DNA from: an uncultured Clostridia bacterium | GTDB lineage: Bacteria > Bacillota > Clostridia > TANB77 > CAG-508 | NCBI GenBank assembly: GCA_947626815.1 | Contig: CANQTN010000001.1 | Location: 16,483-80,482 of the forward strand | DNA: 64,000 nucleotides | Direction of reading: 5' to 3' | Position numbers and translations under genes: made by a program | Notes under the pieces: model-generated | Seen by the model: the letters and a program-made list of their open reading frames with translations, nothing else | What the model was told of the DNA's origin: nothing | The model's database searches: none | Shown here: one piece after another, positions 1-10,658 of the stretch | Layout of the letters: every line of letters starts with the position of its first letter | Position numbering within the stretch: the stretch's first letter is position 1

Positions 1-1113
1 TCCTGCATCATCATTTGGAATTTTACCTAGATATTTAGTGTTAAATATTGATGCTGTATCTGTAGCAAACTGGTCTAATACTCTAATTGTTTGATTTGAT
101 TTAAAATCTTCGCCCTTTTCAGTTGTTACTGTTACCAAACTATTTATATCTGTTAGAACTCTGACTTCATCTCCAACTTTATGTAGTACAAATTCTCCTT
201 TATCTATACAATCTTCTAGTTGTGTTTGAGTATAATCAGTTTTAACTGTATATTCTCCATCGTAAGTTTTATTAGTATTAGATTTATTTATTGCACATCC
301 AGCAATTATACCAGTTACCCAATAAATAATAGCAGTTTTACCTTCTTCTGTTTCATTTTTTACATTTACAACGCCTTCATAATCTGCAGCTTTATTAAAT
401 AAAACTACTTGGAATTTTATTCCTTGTTTATCTCTTAATCTTTTTGCATATTCCACATATAAATTAACTGTTGATTCATCTTCACTTAAACAGCCAACTG
501 CATTTATTTGATATGATTCAAGTAAATTCAAGAATTTTTGATGTGCCTCTCCATTTACTGCTTCCCCATTAGTTCCATTTTTCAAATTTTCTCCTGCAGT
601 TGCTTTTTCTTCTAGTGTTTCTATTTTAAATGTAACATAGTCATTTTCTACTAAATCTTGAGCTTCAGCAACTGTTTGTTTGTCTACTTCTTTACTGCCA
701 AAATAAGTAGATACATCATATTTAGATTGATCATCTACATTTTTAGCGATGACTATTCTTATGTCATTACCTCTTGTTCCACCATATTTAGCAGTTGCCA
801 AATCATTTGATGCTTTTACTCCAGTATTTAATTTATAAAAATATGCTTTTGTAATGTTCTTAAATAAATCTCTTAATCCAACTAATTTTGGATCTGTATA
901 TTCATATCCAAATATTTTTAGTGAGTCTCTTGCAAACTCTTCAGCTGTTACTTCTATAATTTGATCTTCTTTTCCCCAGTCCATTTCAATTGCCATTGCA
1001 GCAACGCCTCTTTCTCCCATTAGAGAAGATGCTTTTTGTGCTGATACAAAATTGATATATGTACCTGGAAGTTTTTTATTTTGACTTATAAAAGTTCCTC
1101 CACCTAGTGCCAT
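1..1113 (-). CDS. phage tail sheath protein (N-terminal part; gene continues past window start)
   Basis: Minus-strand ORF open to position 1; ATG at 1113 with AGGAAAGGTG RBS; N-terminus MALGGGTFISQNKKLPGTYINF typical of contractile-tail sheath proteins. Confidence 0.7.
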   Translation of the reverse strand, partial: MALGGGTFISQNKKLPGTYINFVSAQKASSLMGERGVAAMAIEMDWGKEDQIIEVTAEEFARDSLKIFGYEYTDPKLVGLRDLFKNITKAYFYKLNTGVKASNDLATAKYGGTRGNDIRIVIAKNVDDQSKYDVSTYFGSKEVDKQTVAEAQDLVENDYVTFKIETLEEKATAGENLKNGTNGEAVNGEAHQKFLNLLESYQINAVGCLSEDESTVNLYVEYAKRLRDKQGIKFQVVLFNKAADYEGVVNVKNETEEGKTAIIYWVTGIIAGCAINKSNTNKTYDGEYTVKTDYTQTQLEDCIDKGEFVLHKVGDEVRVLTDINSLVTVTTEKGEDFKSNQTIRVLDQFATDTASIFNTKYLGKIPNDDAG

Positions 1114-1114
1114 G

Positions 1115-1306
1115 TTAGTTCACCTTTCCTTTCATATAATTTTCAATTATTTCATTTACTTCTTTCAAAGTATATTTTTTTGTATCTTTTAATGTAGCAT
1201 TTAGCAAATCTACATTATTAGCAAACCTTTTTGATTTTACGATTTGTTCTTTTGTATAAGTATCTTCTATTGGTTGTTTTTCAACCTTTTTAGTTTTCGC
1301 CTTCAT
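1115..1306 (-). CDS. hypothetical phage protein (63 aa)
   Basis: ORF track; in structural operon. Confidence 0.35.
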   Translation of the reverse strand: MKAKTKKVEKQPIEDTYTKEQIVKSKRFANNVDLLNATLKDTKKYTLKEVNEIIENYMKGKVN

Positions 1307-1781
1307 CTTTTTTTACCTCCTCATTCAAATCATAATTATCCATATTATCAGCAACTGTGTTTTCTTTTTTTACAAATATTTTATAATCTATAAGAAAATG
1401 TAAAACTCCATCATCAATTTCTGGGTGTAATTTCATTGCTCTTAATAAAGTTCCGTCTGCTGCTGTAACATACTCTAATTCATATAGTCCTTCTAACATT
1501 TCATGAAGTATTGTTTCATCCCCATCTAATGTGTATCCAATAATAACAAAATTTAATGTATCTTTATAAAATCTATCTTTTAGTCCTATTTCCCTACTTT
1601 CTTCTCCAGTTAAATACTTAATAAAAAAACAAGGCTTATCAACACCTTGTTCTTCTCCATTTTTATATATAGGGTATTTGCTTTCTCCATTATCGTTTGA
1701 AAATATTTCCGACATTTTTGCTGCCATACCATATATTACAGCTTCAATTACATTCTTAACCATTATTAAAACACTCCTCAA
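1290..1781 (-). CDS. hypothetical phage head-tail/tail-completion protein
   Basis: ORF between head-tail connector genes and tail sheath; no recognisable motif. Confidence 0.4.
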   Translation of the reverse strand: MRSVLIMVKNVIEAVIYGMAAKMSEIFSNDNGESKYPIYKNGEEQGVDKPCFFIKYLTGEESREIGLKDRFYKDTLNFVIIGYTLDGDETILHEMLEGLYELEYVTAADGTLLRAMKLHPEIDDGVLHFLIDYKIFVKKENTVADNMDNYDLNEEVKKDEGEN

Positions 1782-2337
1782 TATATTTTTTCATCTTTCT
1801 TTCTATTATACTTGGAAGTTGTGATTCAAGTTCTTTTTCAGATATAGTAAGCATATATTTGCCTTCTACCCAAGATGCTTTTAATCTCTTACCAAGGACC
1901 GGAACAAATCTTCCCGGTTCTTGTCTATGTCCATGTTCCACATAAGAAGCATATTTTACAGGGTTTTCGACTATAATAATATAATCGTTCCCCATTCTAG
2001 CAATTCTTAGTGAATTTGCATAAGTAATTGCATCAGGTACAGAGCCACTTTCTGCTTGCTGTTCAGTATCAGCGGTCCATCCTCTTTTCAATGTTCCACC
2101 ATCTTTTAATTTATATTTTTTTCCGTCTTTTACTTCAAATGTTCCCTCTCCCGTTGGTGTCCTTGGAATTACCTTTGCCAATAGCCTAGCTGCAAGTTCT
2201 CGTGCGACATCTTGACAAAATCTACTGATATCCGTTTTAGATAATTTTTCAAACTTTTTTTGAAGTTTTTCAAATTCACTAAAATCACACTTTCCCCATT
2301 TTTTCGACATATTATGCCCAACCTTTCCATAATTCAA
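1756..2337 (-). CDS. HK97 gp10-like head-tail protein
   Basis: 193 aa; ...PRTPTGEG...YASYVEHG pattern resembles HK97 gp10 family; position between capsid and tail genes. Confidence 0.45.
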   Translation of the reverse strand: MNYGKVGHNMSKKWGKCDFSEFEKLQKKFEKLSKTDISRFCQDVARELAARLLAKVIPRTPTGEGTFEVKDGKKYKLKDGGTLKRGWTADTEQQAESGSVPDAITYANSLRIARMGNDYIIIVENPVKYASYVEHGHRQEPGRFVPVLGKRLKASWVEGKYMLTISEKELESQLPSIIERKMKKYIEECFNNG

Positions 2338-2677
2338 GTATTATTTCTTGATGAGTGTCATATACGGCAGCTTCTCCACTATTTTTATAAGTTGTGGTTC
2401 TGCCTCTACCCGTTACAACAATTTTGCTACCCGGTTTTATATTTATTTCTGGTGCAATGAATAATTTGATTTTTTGAGATTTTTTTGACTCCGTATTTGT
2501 TTCATTATTAGATTCAATATTCTCAAATGAAACTCTACAGTCCTTTTTTTCTTGTACAGTTACTTCTTGATTATTTTTAGTTATGTGATTTTCCGTTACA
2601 GGTTGGCGTTCTATAATATCACATTTTGCATCGTAGGTACTCTCTATTGCTGCTCTTGCTATTTTATTATAATCCAT
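2312..2677 (-). CDS. hypothetical phage head-tail joining protein
   Basis: 121 aa ORF in head-tail connector block. Confidence 0.35.
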   Translation of the reverse strand: MDYNKIARAAIESTYDAKCDIIERQPVTENHITKNNQEVTVQEKKDCRVSFENIESNNETNTESKKSQKIKLFIAPEINIKPGSKIVVTGRGRTTTYKNSGEAAVYDTHQEIILELWKGWA

Positions 2678-3152
2678 AGCTCCACCTCAATTTCCTATGC
2701 CTATATAAGTCTTTTTTGTACTTTTCAATTAAGGCATCCTCCGAATATTCAATAGTCCCTGTACTGTAAGTAACTCCATTGATTTCTACCTGTGAAGATG
2801 TATCCGCAAATTCTGTTGTTGTATCTCCTACTTGTAATTTTTTTACTTTTACATTTGCATCAGAATTGCTTTCTCCACCTGCGGAATTTTCAAAAAGTTT
2901 ATTGTATCCATTCAAATACCAATAATCTTTTGTCATTCTTAGCCAAGTGGTGTATAGCCCTTCCGGTACTTTAGGTTGATGTATTACATCTAAAATAAGA
3001 ACTAAAGTATCATATAAAGAATATTCAACTTGATTTACTGCATCTTCTTGTTTTTCATCTACTCCTAGTTCCTTTATTAGTCTTGTTTTTAACATATCAA
3101 CATCTATATTAGTTCTATTTTTAATTTTTTCTAAAACTGACATAATGACCAC
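2667..3152 (-). CDS. putative head-tail connector/DNA-packaging protein
   Basis: 161 aa ORF directly downstream of capsid block; order typical of SPP1-like gp15/gp6 position. Confidence 0.35.
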   Translation of the reverse strand: MVIMSVLEKIKNRTNIDVDMLKTRLIKELGVDEKQEDAVNQVEYSLYDTLVLILDVIHQPKVPEGLYTTWLRMTKDYWYLNGYNKLFENSAGGESNSDANVKVKKLQVGDTTTEFADTSSQVEINGVTYSTGTIEYSEDALIEKYKKDLYRHRKLRWSYGL

Positions 3153-3154
3153 CT

Positions 3155-3553
3155 CTATTCTTGTGGTGTACTTTCTCCATTGCTACCGACATCGGTGTCG
3201 CTACCATCTTCTGTATTTTCGCTTTTCTCGCCTTTTGCTCCATCATCTGATACTTCGTCTTTTTTATTTTCATATTCCTGGATAAGTTGCTCTAGTTTTT
3301 CTTTTCCCATAAAATGTGCATTTTTTATTCCTAGTTCTTTTCCTTTTTTTCTTAGTTCAATTAGTTCTTTTTCTTCCGGATCCTTGTCATTTTTGTTTGG
3401 AACTTGTGGTAGTTTCTCGCCCTCATCATCTTTTATTATATCTACATACTCCTTATTTTCTTCCCATTCTGTTTCGCTTATTTCTGCTTCTTCATTTTTG
3501 TATTTCCAAATTCCATTTAATTTGACACCTTTTCCTCTAACTTTAACTAACAT
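3155..3553 (-). CDS. acidic hypothetical phage protein
   Basis: 132 aa, highly acidic C-terminus; follows major capsid gene. Confidence 0.35.
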   Translation of the reverse strand: MLVKVRGKGVKLNGIWKYKNEEAEISETEWEENKEYVDIIKDDEGEKLPQVPNKNDKDPEEKELIELRKKGKELGIKNAHFMGKEKLEQLIQEYENKKDEVSDDGAKGEKSENTEDGSDTDVGSNGESTPQE

Positions 3554-3596
3554 ATTTCTCTCCTTTCAAAAAAGAGGCAAGATTTGCTCTTACCTC

Positions 3597-4616
3597 TTAT
3601 GATAATTTAATCTCAGCTTGGAATAACTCGTCTGCATAAGGACAAGTTGGAACAGCTGATGCAACAACTTTTTCCCAAGTAGCAACAGGATCTTTGCCTT
3701 CATCGTAAATCATGGCTAATATTTTTCCAGTCTCTACAATTTCAGTAGTTGGATCATTTGTTAGTCTTATTTCTTCTGCAGTAGGTCCATATAATGTTTC
3801 TCCTAATGCGTATCCTGGTAACATACAAAATGCGTTCTCTGGTAAATATCTTAATTTTGTGTATGTACCATCAGCATTTTGTTTTCTGTATTTTTCATCA
3901 TAAGTATAAATTTGTGGCAATTTTAATGATGCTAAATAAGTATTTAATTCTCCAACTGTTGCAATTCTTGTAGATTCTTTTCCAAATAAAGCATTTATAA
4001 CATTTGCATTTCTTAAAATCTTAGATAAAACAGTTGTTGATGTTAATACTCTTGCTGGTTTTGTATCCATTTTATTAACCCAAGAAGTAATATCTCCAAT
4101 TGGATCGCTACCTTCTTTGTCCCAATCAACATTAGTAACTTGTTGCCCCTCTGGTACACCATATTTTATAGTTGCCTTTATGCCATTTTCATCTAATGTA
4201 ACAGTACCTTTTGATACTATTTCCATTCTCATGACTTCAATTCTAGCTTTAACACTCATTACTAGATTATCAATATCTCTTGAATATACTCTTCTAACAA
4301 GTTGTTTTAATTCTTTTTCAGTTCTTGGATGCTCTAATTTTATAATTTCTTTTTCTTTTAATTGCATTTTTCTCTTAATCAAGCAAGCCTCAATTGCCAT
4401 TTCTTCAGCTTCTCTACTTCCGATTTCGGCTTCAGTATCAAAAGCATGTACACTTGCTATAACTGGTAGTTTGCTACCTTCTCTTAAAATGTCAAATTCT
4501 AAGTCATCTTCTTTTCTTTCTGGGAATAATTCCTCTCCCAACATTGCAGGATATTGTCTATCTTTTAAATAATCTAATATTTTTTTAGTGCTAAACAATT
4601 CTAATACACTACTCAT
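3597..4616 (-). CDS. phage major capsid protein
   Basis: 339 aa ORF after scaffold; size and position typical of a major capsid protein. Confidence 0.6.
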   Translation of the reverse strand: MSSVLELFSTKKILDYLKDRQYPAMLGEELFPERKEDDLEFDILREGSKLPVIASVHAFDTEAEIGSREAEEMAIEACLIKRKMQLKEKEIIKLEHPRTEKELKQLVRRVYSRDIDNLVMSVKARIEVMRMEIVSKGTVTLDENGIKATIKYGVPEGQQVTNVDWDKEGSDPIGDITSWVNKMDTKPARVLTSTTVLSKILRNANVINALFGKESTRIATVGELNTYLASLKLPQIYTYDEKYRKQNADGTYTKLRYLPENAFCMLPGYALGETLYGPTAEEIRLTNDPTTEIVETGKILAMIYDEGKDPVATWEKVVASAVPTCPYADELFQAEIKLS

Positions 4617-4684
4617 AATAAATTCCTCCTTATAATTTTATTTTTTTATTTAATTTATGCTATTTCATTTGTCTGTATTTATAA

Positions 4685-5113
4685 TTATCCATCTTGTGTT
4701 TTTAATTCAAGTTCACTTAAATTAAGTGTTCTTGTTTCTTTTCCCTCTTGTGTAATTTCAATAGTATTGTCTGTATTATGGACATTAAATACTATTAAAC
4801 CGTCCTTTTCATCAACTGCTACTGGTTTTTTAGTTTTAACACCAGTTCCTTTAAGTTCGCATTTTACTTTTCCCTTACTTGCACCTTTTGCCTCTTCAAA
4901 ATAAAGTGGTAAGAAGTTTCCTTTAGCATCTTTACTAAATTCAGGATAACTTTCAAGGTATTTTGATGTTCCTTTAATTTTATCCCCTTCAAGGCTTAAA
5001 TTTTCAACTAAGTCTGAAACCTTTTTTGTGCCTAGCAATTGAGTTTCACTACTTGGAACTGCCACTTTTGAGGTGGCTGGTTTAGGGTGATGTACTTTGT
5101 GCATCATAATCAT
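4685..5113 (-). CDS. hypothetical phage structural protein
   Basis: 142 aa ORF between scaffold and capsid genes. Confidence 0.35.
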   Translation of the reverse strand: MIMMHKVHHPKPATSKVAVPSSETQLLGTKKVSDLVENLSLEGDKIKGTSKYLESYPEFSKDAKGNFLPLYFEEAKGASKGKVKCELKGTGVKTKKPVAVDEKDGLIVFNVHNTDNTIEITQEGKETRTLNLSELELKTQDG

Positions 5114-5420
5114 CTTTAAATAAAATACCTGGCATTGTTTTCTTCTCTTCGTCTGTTACCTTTTTTGGTAATCTTGCGTTGTAAACAATTCCTTGATACA
5201 TAACTGCTGCCTCGTGATCTCCCTCTGTTACATCAACATCGTGGAATAACAATCCTATAGCAACGTCATTTTCATTTTTATAAACAGTACCAGCTGGAAC
5301 TATTTTTCTTCCATTTTTATCTGCTACTACTCCCTCGCTTTTTACCATACGAGTAAAATTTTGAAATTTTGATGAAGCTAAGAAATTAACTTCACTTACA
5401 CTATTTTGTTTTATGTACAT
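5082..5420 (-). CDS. hypothetical phage structural protein (possible decoration protein)
   Basis: 112 aa; ATG at 5420 with GGAGGT RBS. Confidence 0.35.
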   Translation of the reverse strand: MYIKQNSVSEVNFLASSKFQNFTRMVKSEGVVADKNGRKIVPAGTVYKNENDVAIGLLFHDVDVTEGDHEAAVMYQGIVYNARLPKKVTDEEKKTMPGILFKDDYDAQSTSP

Positions 5421-5439
5421 AATAAATACCTCCTATAAT

Positions 5440-6057
5440 TTAATTAAAAAATTGACTTTTTTGATTTCCTGCATTATTTTGAGCATTTAACTCTTTAGCA
5501 ATATCAGATGCAGAGCCGATGCCTTCTGTATCGTTATCGTCACTTTCATCACTGCCAGTACCACCTGCAGGTTTGTGGCCTTTTACACTTTTTTCAAAGA
5601 AATAACCATCTGTGTTTTTAATGCTTTCCAATTGTTCTTTTATTCCAACTAATGATTTTTGGTCTTTTGCAACAGATATTTTTTCCATATCTAATAACCC
5701 TTTTATAGAACTTCTAGCATTTTCATTTTTCAACACTTTTGCATCTTCTAGTGCTGCATCTAATAATTGATTTAGCACATAATCTTCATGTTCTTTTTTT
5801 GATGTTTCCTCTATTTCTTTGATTTTTTTGTCATATTCCTCTTTGCTTATTGTGTTTTTTTGCAAATCGTTATATGCCTTTTCTTTTTCCTCTTTTTCTT
5901 TTGTAATAACATTTTTGTCATTCTCTAATTGCGATTTTTCAGTTTTTAGAGTAGCATTTTCATCTTGTAATGCTTTTAAATCCTTTCCATTTTCTTGCAT
6001 TACAAATGTTATTTGCTCATCTGTTAAACCTTGTGCTTTTAAATCGTCAGTTTTCAT
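5440..6057 (-). CDS. phage scaffold protein (GP20-like)
   Basis: Coiled-coil, K/E-rich; likely start ATG at 6057 with AAGGAG RBS (track start 6114); position between gp7-like and capsid. Confidence 0.5.
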   Translation of the reverse strand: MKTDDLKAQGLTDEQITFVMQENGKDLKALQDENATLKTEKSQLENDKNVITKEKEEKEKAYNDLQKNTISKEEYDKKIKEIEETSKKEHEDYVLNQLLDAALEDAKVLKNENARSSIKGLLDMEKISVAKDQKSLVGIKEQLESIKNTDGYFFEKSVKGHKPAGGTGSDESDDNDTEGIGSASDIAKELNAQNNAGNQKSQFFN

Positions 6058-6464
6058 ATATACTCCTTTTCTTATAATACCCTTACAATTAGGCTTTTTT
6101 AGGCAGTTTTCCATCTTCCAATGTAAAAATATTATGAGGCAATTGTTCAGGTCTACCTCTTGACCAATTTTTTAATATAAAAAAATAGACACCTTTTAAG
6201 ATGTCTAAATTTAAAGACAATTTAATGTAGGTTAGGATTTGCACCTAACAAAAATGACTTTTGAGCTTTACTTAAACTTATCTCGGGAATATCTCCGCCA
6301 CTACTTTATAATCTATTTAAGGTCAATTATATTCGTGTGTCATTTTGCACCCCACAGCGTCTACTATTACCGTTTAGCGATTTATAACGCAAGATGCTAT
6401 CGCCATTCAGTTTTACCATATCTAATATCAAACTAGATATGTCTATTCCGCCACTACATTTTAC

Positions 6465-7691
6465 TTATTTATTCTTTGAATATTTTTCTTTTAGTTTTTT
6501 CCATTCATCCTCATTAGTATATTTTAGTTCTTGAAATTCGTTAAATGTTTTTGGAGCTTCTCTTCCTAAAACATCTCTGTATCTGTTATATTGTTTATAG
6601 TCTGATGATTTATTCTTATTCATTTTAATATCTAATTCAAATGCTTTTTTTGCTTCAGGATCGGAATATACATATTTTTCTAACCACTCATTATATTTAA
6701 TATTGCTTGGTATATAATATATTTTTCCACCAACATTTCTTGCAGCTCTTTCTCCAAATTCATATTCATCTTCGAAATACGGAGCATAGGTAGTCCTACA
6801 TCTTACATGAAATGGTGGAGCATTAACTCCCCTTTTTAAGTCTTTCATATTAAATACTGTACCATCAATTTCTCTACATATTTCAGATGTCCTAGAATCT
6901 AGCGTTGCAATATTTATATATTTTTCTACCCCTAAATTATTAAAGCATTGCTCCCTTGATGTACTTGTAAAAAATGCTGATTCTGTCATTACTAAAGTAG
7001 CTGCTTTATTTTTGCTTACATTAAAATCTTTTGCAATTTTATCTATTAATTTATCTGCATCTCCAATTATTGCTCTCTCTAAATCTTTTTGTAATGTATC
7101 TATTAATGCTTTTTTATTTTTCCATATTCTATCAGAAAAAGTTTGAGCATCTGTAGTCCATGGCTTAGATATAATTTTATTTATTGTTGCTGTATCTAAA
7201 ATCGCAAACTTAAATGCTATATTTGAACCTTTTTGTAATTCGTAGGCAGTTTTATAATATGTATCCTTATATGATTCAATAATAAATTCTCTTGTTGTTT
7301 GTTCTTCGTTATAATATAACTTTTCTAGTTCCTGTTGTATTTGTACTTCTAATGCCTCTAATCTTGATATATGAATTCTCGCACTAGCATTTTCTAGTTC
7401 TTTTTTCCAAATTAGATCTATTCCATTTTCTTGGCCATATTTTATATACTCCTCTACATTCCATTTTAGTTCTTTTAATTCTTGTGTATTTAGCCATTTT
7501 TTTGCCTCTGATAAACTAATTTGATTATTTACTGCAAATCTTGCTAGCCAGCTATTTATTTTGTTTTTTATTTCCATCAATGCTCTTTCGTATTGTTCCT
7601 GGAGCTCTTTTACATATTTTGATTCATTTAATACCTGTGCTTTCTCTAGTTCTTCAAATCTTTTAGCCCAATATTCTCCATTACTAGCCAT
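6465..7691 (-). CDS. phage head morphogenesis protein (SPP1 gp7 family)
   Basis: 408 aa; NAPPFHVRCRTT motif characteristic of gp7/F-like minor capsid proteins; directly after portal. Confidence 0.65.
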   Translation of the reverse strand: MASNGEYWAKRFEELEKAQVLNESKYVKELQEQYERALMEIKNKINSWLARFAVNNQISLSEAKKWLNTQELKELKWNVEEYIKYGQENGIDLIWKKELENASARIHISRLEALEVQIQQELEKLYYNEEQTTREFIIESYKDTYYKTAYELQKGSNIAFKFAILDTATINKIISKPWTTDAQTFSDRIWKNKKALIDTLQKDLERAIIGDADKLIDKIAKDFNVSKNKAATLVMTESAFFTSTSREQCFNNLGVEKYINIATLDSRTSEICREIDGTVFNMKDLKRGVNAPPFHVRCRTTYAPYFEDEYEFGERAARNVGGKIYYIPSNIKYNEWLEKYVYSDPEAKKAFELDIKMNKNKSSDYKQYNRYRDVLGREAPKTFNEFQELKYTNEDEWKKLKEKYSKNK

Positions 7692-9241
7692 TATTCATCA
7701 CCAACTTTTGCACCGTTATTTTGATCGTTAGGTTCCGTATTTAGTTCTTTTATCATTTTATCGTATTCGCTTTCTTTTTTCTTTTCTTCTTCTTCCTGCT
7801 CCGCTTCTAATTGTTCAAGTTCTGAGTCTACATCTTTGACAAAAGGATGATTTGCAAGTATTGTTTTTCTACTAACTTGACCTTCGCTATTTTTACAATC
7901 TGCAATTTTTTCACTTTCATTTGTTATCATAGACTTGTTAAATACAAATTCTACTTCTTTTTCGTGGTAGTCTTTTGACTCGGTCATTGTCAAATATGTA
8001 TTTACAAAATACATAAAATATTCCAAGCTGCTTTGGAATTCTGTTTCTATGTTAGAGCAATCAATATCTAAATCATTGAATAACTCCTCTAATGCTACAC
8101 CACTTTGTGCGGTTTTAAATTTTTCACTTTGAGTATCTACAGCATTTGCTGCTTCGTGTATATCCCTTCTTAGTATTTCAATAAATTCTCTAAATGCTTC
8201 TATATCTATTGTGGTATTTTCTCTTTTATATTCTCCATCTTCTTCTAAGAATATTGTATTTAGTTCGTGTAAGTTTTTATTGAATTTTCTAATATCTTCC
8301 GCATAATTTTTTACAACATTTACACCATTTGGTGTATCTCCTAAAACATCGGCCATAGTTGATGTTAATTCATCATAACAATCTACTAGCGATTTCAAAA
8401 AGTGAATTAAAGGTTTTTCGTCTAGGCCACTTTTCCAATAAACAAACGGAATTTTATCCCAATTTTCTTTTTGCCCATCATATATAAAATGGCTACACAA
8501 AGTCATTCCGTGTCCGTCATCACTTTGGAGGATTGTATCTTTGACTTCCTCTAGTCTTTCTACATCATCAATTAAATGCCCATCTTCATAAACAAGATAC
8601 CTAACTCCTTCTAAATCCCAATATTCTGCTTTCTTTATAGTTTTCTTTTCAGTTCCCTCATAAGAAATTAACTTATAAAGCATAATTATTGCATCAACAA
8701 CTTCATGTTCATCATCTTTCCAAAGAACAACTATTTTCTCTGCATTTACCCTTCTAGCTTTTAGTTTGCCATCTTCATCAATATACACCTGCCACCAAGA
8801 TATACCTTTATTTACTGCTTCGATTAAAGTATATTTTAATCTCTTATGCGTTCTATCATTAAATATTTTTTTCAATGCTTTTTTATAATCTATATCTTCT
8901 TTTTGATCCTTATCTTCCAAGACTTCTTTTACTGTTATATTTTTCTTAAGTAAAAATCCCGCCTTTTGGTTTACAAATTTTCTTGGAAAAGAATGTGCTA
9001 ATTTATAATTTGAAAAGAATTTATTTTCAGTTACTCTTGAATTATCATCAATATAGTATCTTACTTTCTTTGATATTTTTGTATCTTCATTTTCATAATA
9101 TTTTTGCCCTACAAGCATCAATTTTCTTTTATCAGAATCTTCAAATTCCGTTATTTGTGATTCTATAAATTCCTTTAAATTGGTACCTTTTATTGCACCC
9201 TCTTTTAATATAAAATCAATTTTTTCCATTTCAGTAATCAT
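7691..9241 (-). CDS. phage portal protein
   Basis: 516 aa ORF between terminase large subunit and gp7-like gene; ATGA overlap with downstream gene. Confidence 0.6.
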   Translation of the reverse strand: MITEMEKIDFILKEGAIKGTNLKEFIESQITEFEDSDKRKLMLVGQKYYENEDTKISKKVRYYIDDNSRVTENKFFSNYKLAHSFPRKFVNQKAGFLLKKNITVKEVLEDKDQKEDIDYKKALKKIFNDRTHKRLKYTLIEAVNKGISWWQVYIDEDGKLKARRVNAEKIVVLWKDDEHEVVDAIIMLYKLISYEGTEKKTIKKAEYWDLEGVRYLVYEDGHLIDDVERLEEVKDTILQSDDGHGMTLCSHFIYDGQKENWDKIPFVYWKSGLDEKPLIHFLKSLVDCYDELTSTMADVLGDTPNGVNVVKNYAEDIRKFNKNLHELNTIFLEEDGEYKRENTTIDIEAFREFIEILRRDIHEAANAVDTQSEKFKTAQSGVALEELFNDLDIDCSNIETEFQSSLEYFMYFVNTYLTMTESKDYHEKEVEFVFNKSMITNESEKIADCKNSEGQVSRKTILANHPFVKDVDSELEQLEAEQEEEEKKKESEYDKMIKELNTEPNDQNNGAKVGDE

Positions 9242-9254
9242 TTTATTACCTCTC

Positions 9255-10658
9255 CTATCTATTGAAATATGCTCCCTTTCTCTTAACTGGGAATATTGTC
9301 TGTAATAAATATCTTAATGCATCTAATGCGTGGTCATTTTCTTTAACAGGCTTGTCCTCGCCTTTTTCTTGTGCCTTTTCATCCCATATATAAGAATCAA
9401 ATTCTCTTAACAAGTTTGGACATTTTTCTGCAACTATATGGATTCTTTCTTTATCTAGCCAGTTCAAAACTAAATTTATTCCTTCGATAACTGCATTGTC
9501 TGCTTCTTTAACTTGTATATTATTTTGCTTAAATAAATTTATTAAAGATGTAGCCGATGGATCTATTATAGTTCGCTTAATATCAATACCCTCAATAAAT
9601 TTTTTATAATCATCTAAAAACAGTTGATCCGTTTTTGTGACTTTTTCTTCCTGGCCTTTACTATTCTTTTTAGTGCCTTTATTGTAGTACTCATCTAATA
9701 TCCAAACATGTGCTTCATTTTTTATGTACTTTATTCCACAAAGTAAAAATACCTGCGGATTTGTAATACCATAGTCAGATGTAACATAAAAATTATCAAA
9801 ACTTGTAGGAATATCGTTTATTTTTACTGTATGCTTTTTTCTGTCAAAGTTAGGATATATAATTCCTTCAGCTAATACCCACAATCCTAAAATGAATCTT
9901 TGAAAAAACACACCCACAAACATTTGTCTATATCTTTCTTTTACTTCTTCAGATAAACTTAAATTGTCATCCATTGTAAAGTGAAGATATAATATTCCTT
10001 TTTCTTTGGCTCTATCTATCCAATTTACTTTAAACCAGTGATTTGGTCCTTCCGGATTACAGTTAAACCAGTATTTACTTCCCGCAACTGAGCAACGAGC
10101 AATTGCTTGATTTACAAATGACTCAGGCATTAATGCAACTTCATCTAAAAACACACCTGCTGCAGTTATACCTTGTACTAGGTCCTGACTTCTCTCATCC
10201 TTTCCACCAAATATATAAAAATAATTGATAACTTCGCCTTTTGAAATTTCTACTAAGTTATCTGACCTTCTATCCTTAATTTGATATCCCTGGACTCTTA
10301 ACATTAGCTTAAGCCAAAAAAGAACATTCCTTCGAAATGCTCCTACTGTTTTTCCGGCCATAATAAAGTTCTGACCGTTAAATTTGGTCATGGCCCATAA
10401 TACAAATGACAAAGACATAGACAGAGTTTTACCAGCTCTGATACTTCCATCTGCTATTATTCCATTTTTATTTTTTACAGGACTTTTATCATTCCACCAA
10501 GTCAATATTTTTCTTTGCTTTTTGCTAAACTTTTTAAACTTGAATACAGTTCCATTTTTTATTTTTTTTCGTAAGGTTATAGCATTTTGCATAACCTTTT
10601 CCTTAAGATTAGAAATTCTTTCATCGATACTTATTTCTTTTTTATTCTTCATAATCAT
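9255..10658 (-). CDS. terminase large subunit (PBSX-type)
   Basis: 467 aa; Walker A DGSIRAGKT, FLDEV Walker B-like, nuclease domain; classic terL. Confidence 0.85.
   Translation of the reverse strand: MIMKNKKEISIDERISNLKEKVMQNAITLRKKIKNGTVFKFKKFSKKQRKILTWWNDKSPVKNKNGIIADGSIRAGKTLSMSLSFVLWAMTKFNGQNFIMAGKTVGAFRRNVLFWLKLMLRVQGYQIKDRRSDNLVEISKGEVINYFYIFGGKDERSQDLVQGITAAGVFLDEVALMPESFVNQAIARCSVAGSKYWFNCNPEGPNHWFKVNWIDRAKEKGILYLHFTMDDNLSLSEEVKERYRQMFVGVFFQRFILGLWVLAEGIIYPNFDRKKHTVKINDIPTSFDNFYVTSDYGITNPQVFLLCGIKYIKNEAHVWILDEYYNKGTKKNSKGQEEKVTKTDQLFLDDYKKFIEGIDIKRTIIDPSATSLINLFKQNNIQVKEADNAVIEGINLVLNWLDKERIHIVAEKCPNLLREFDSYIWDEKAQEKGEDKPVKENDHALDALRYLLQTIFPVKRKGAYFNR

Noticed and set aside
220-402. 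Plus-strand 60-aa ORF inside the tail-sheath gene
   Set aside because: Antisense to a well-supported phage gene. Low-complexity hydrophobic translation. No RBS.
3180-3602. Plus-strand 140-aa serine/phenylalanine-rich ORF (and 3316..3525)
   Set aside because: Antisense to the acidic phage protein gene. Composition is the mirror image of a D/E/K-rich coding strand.
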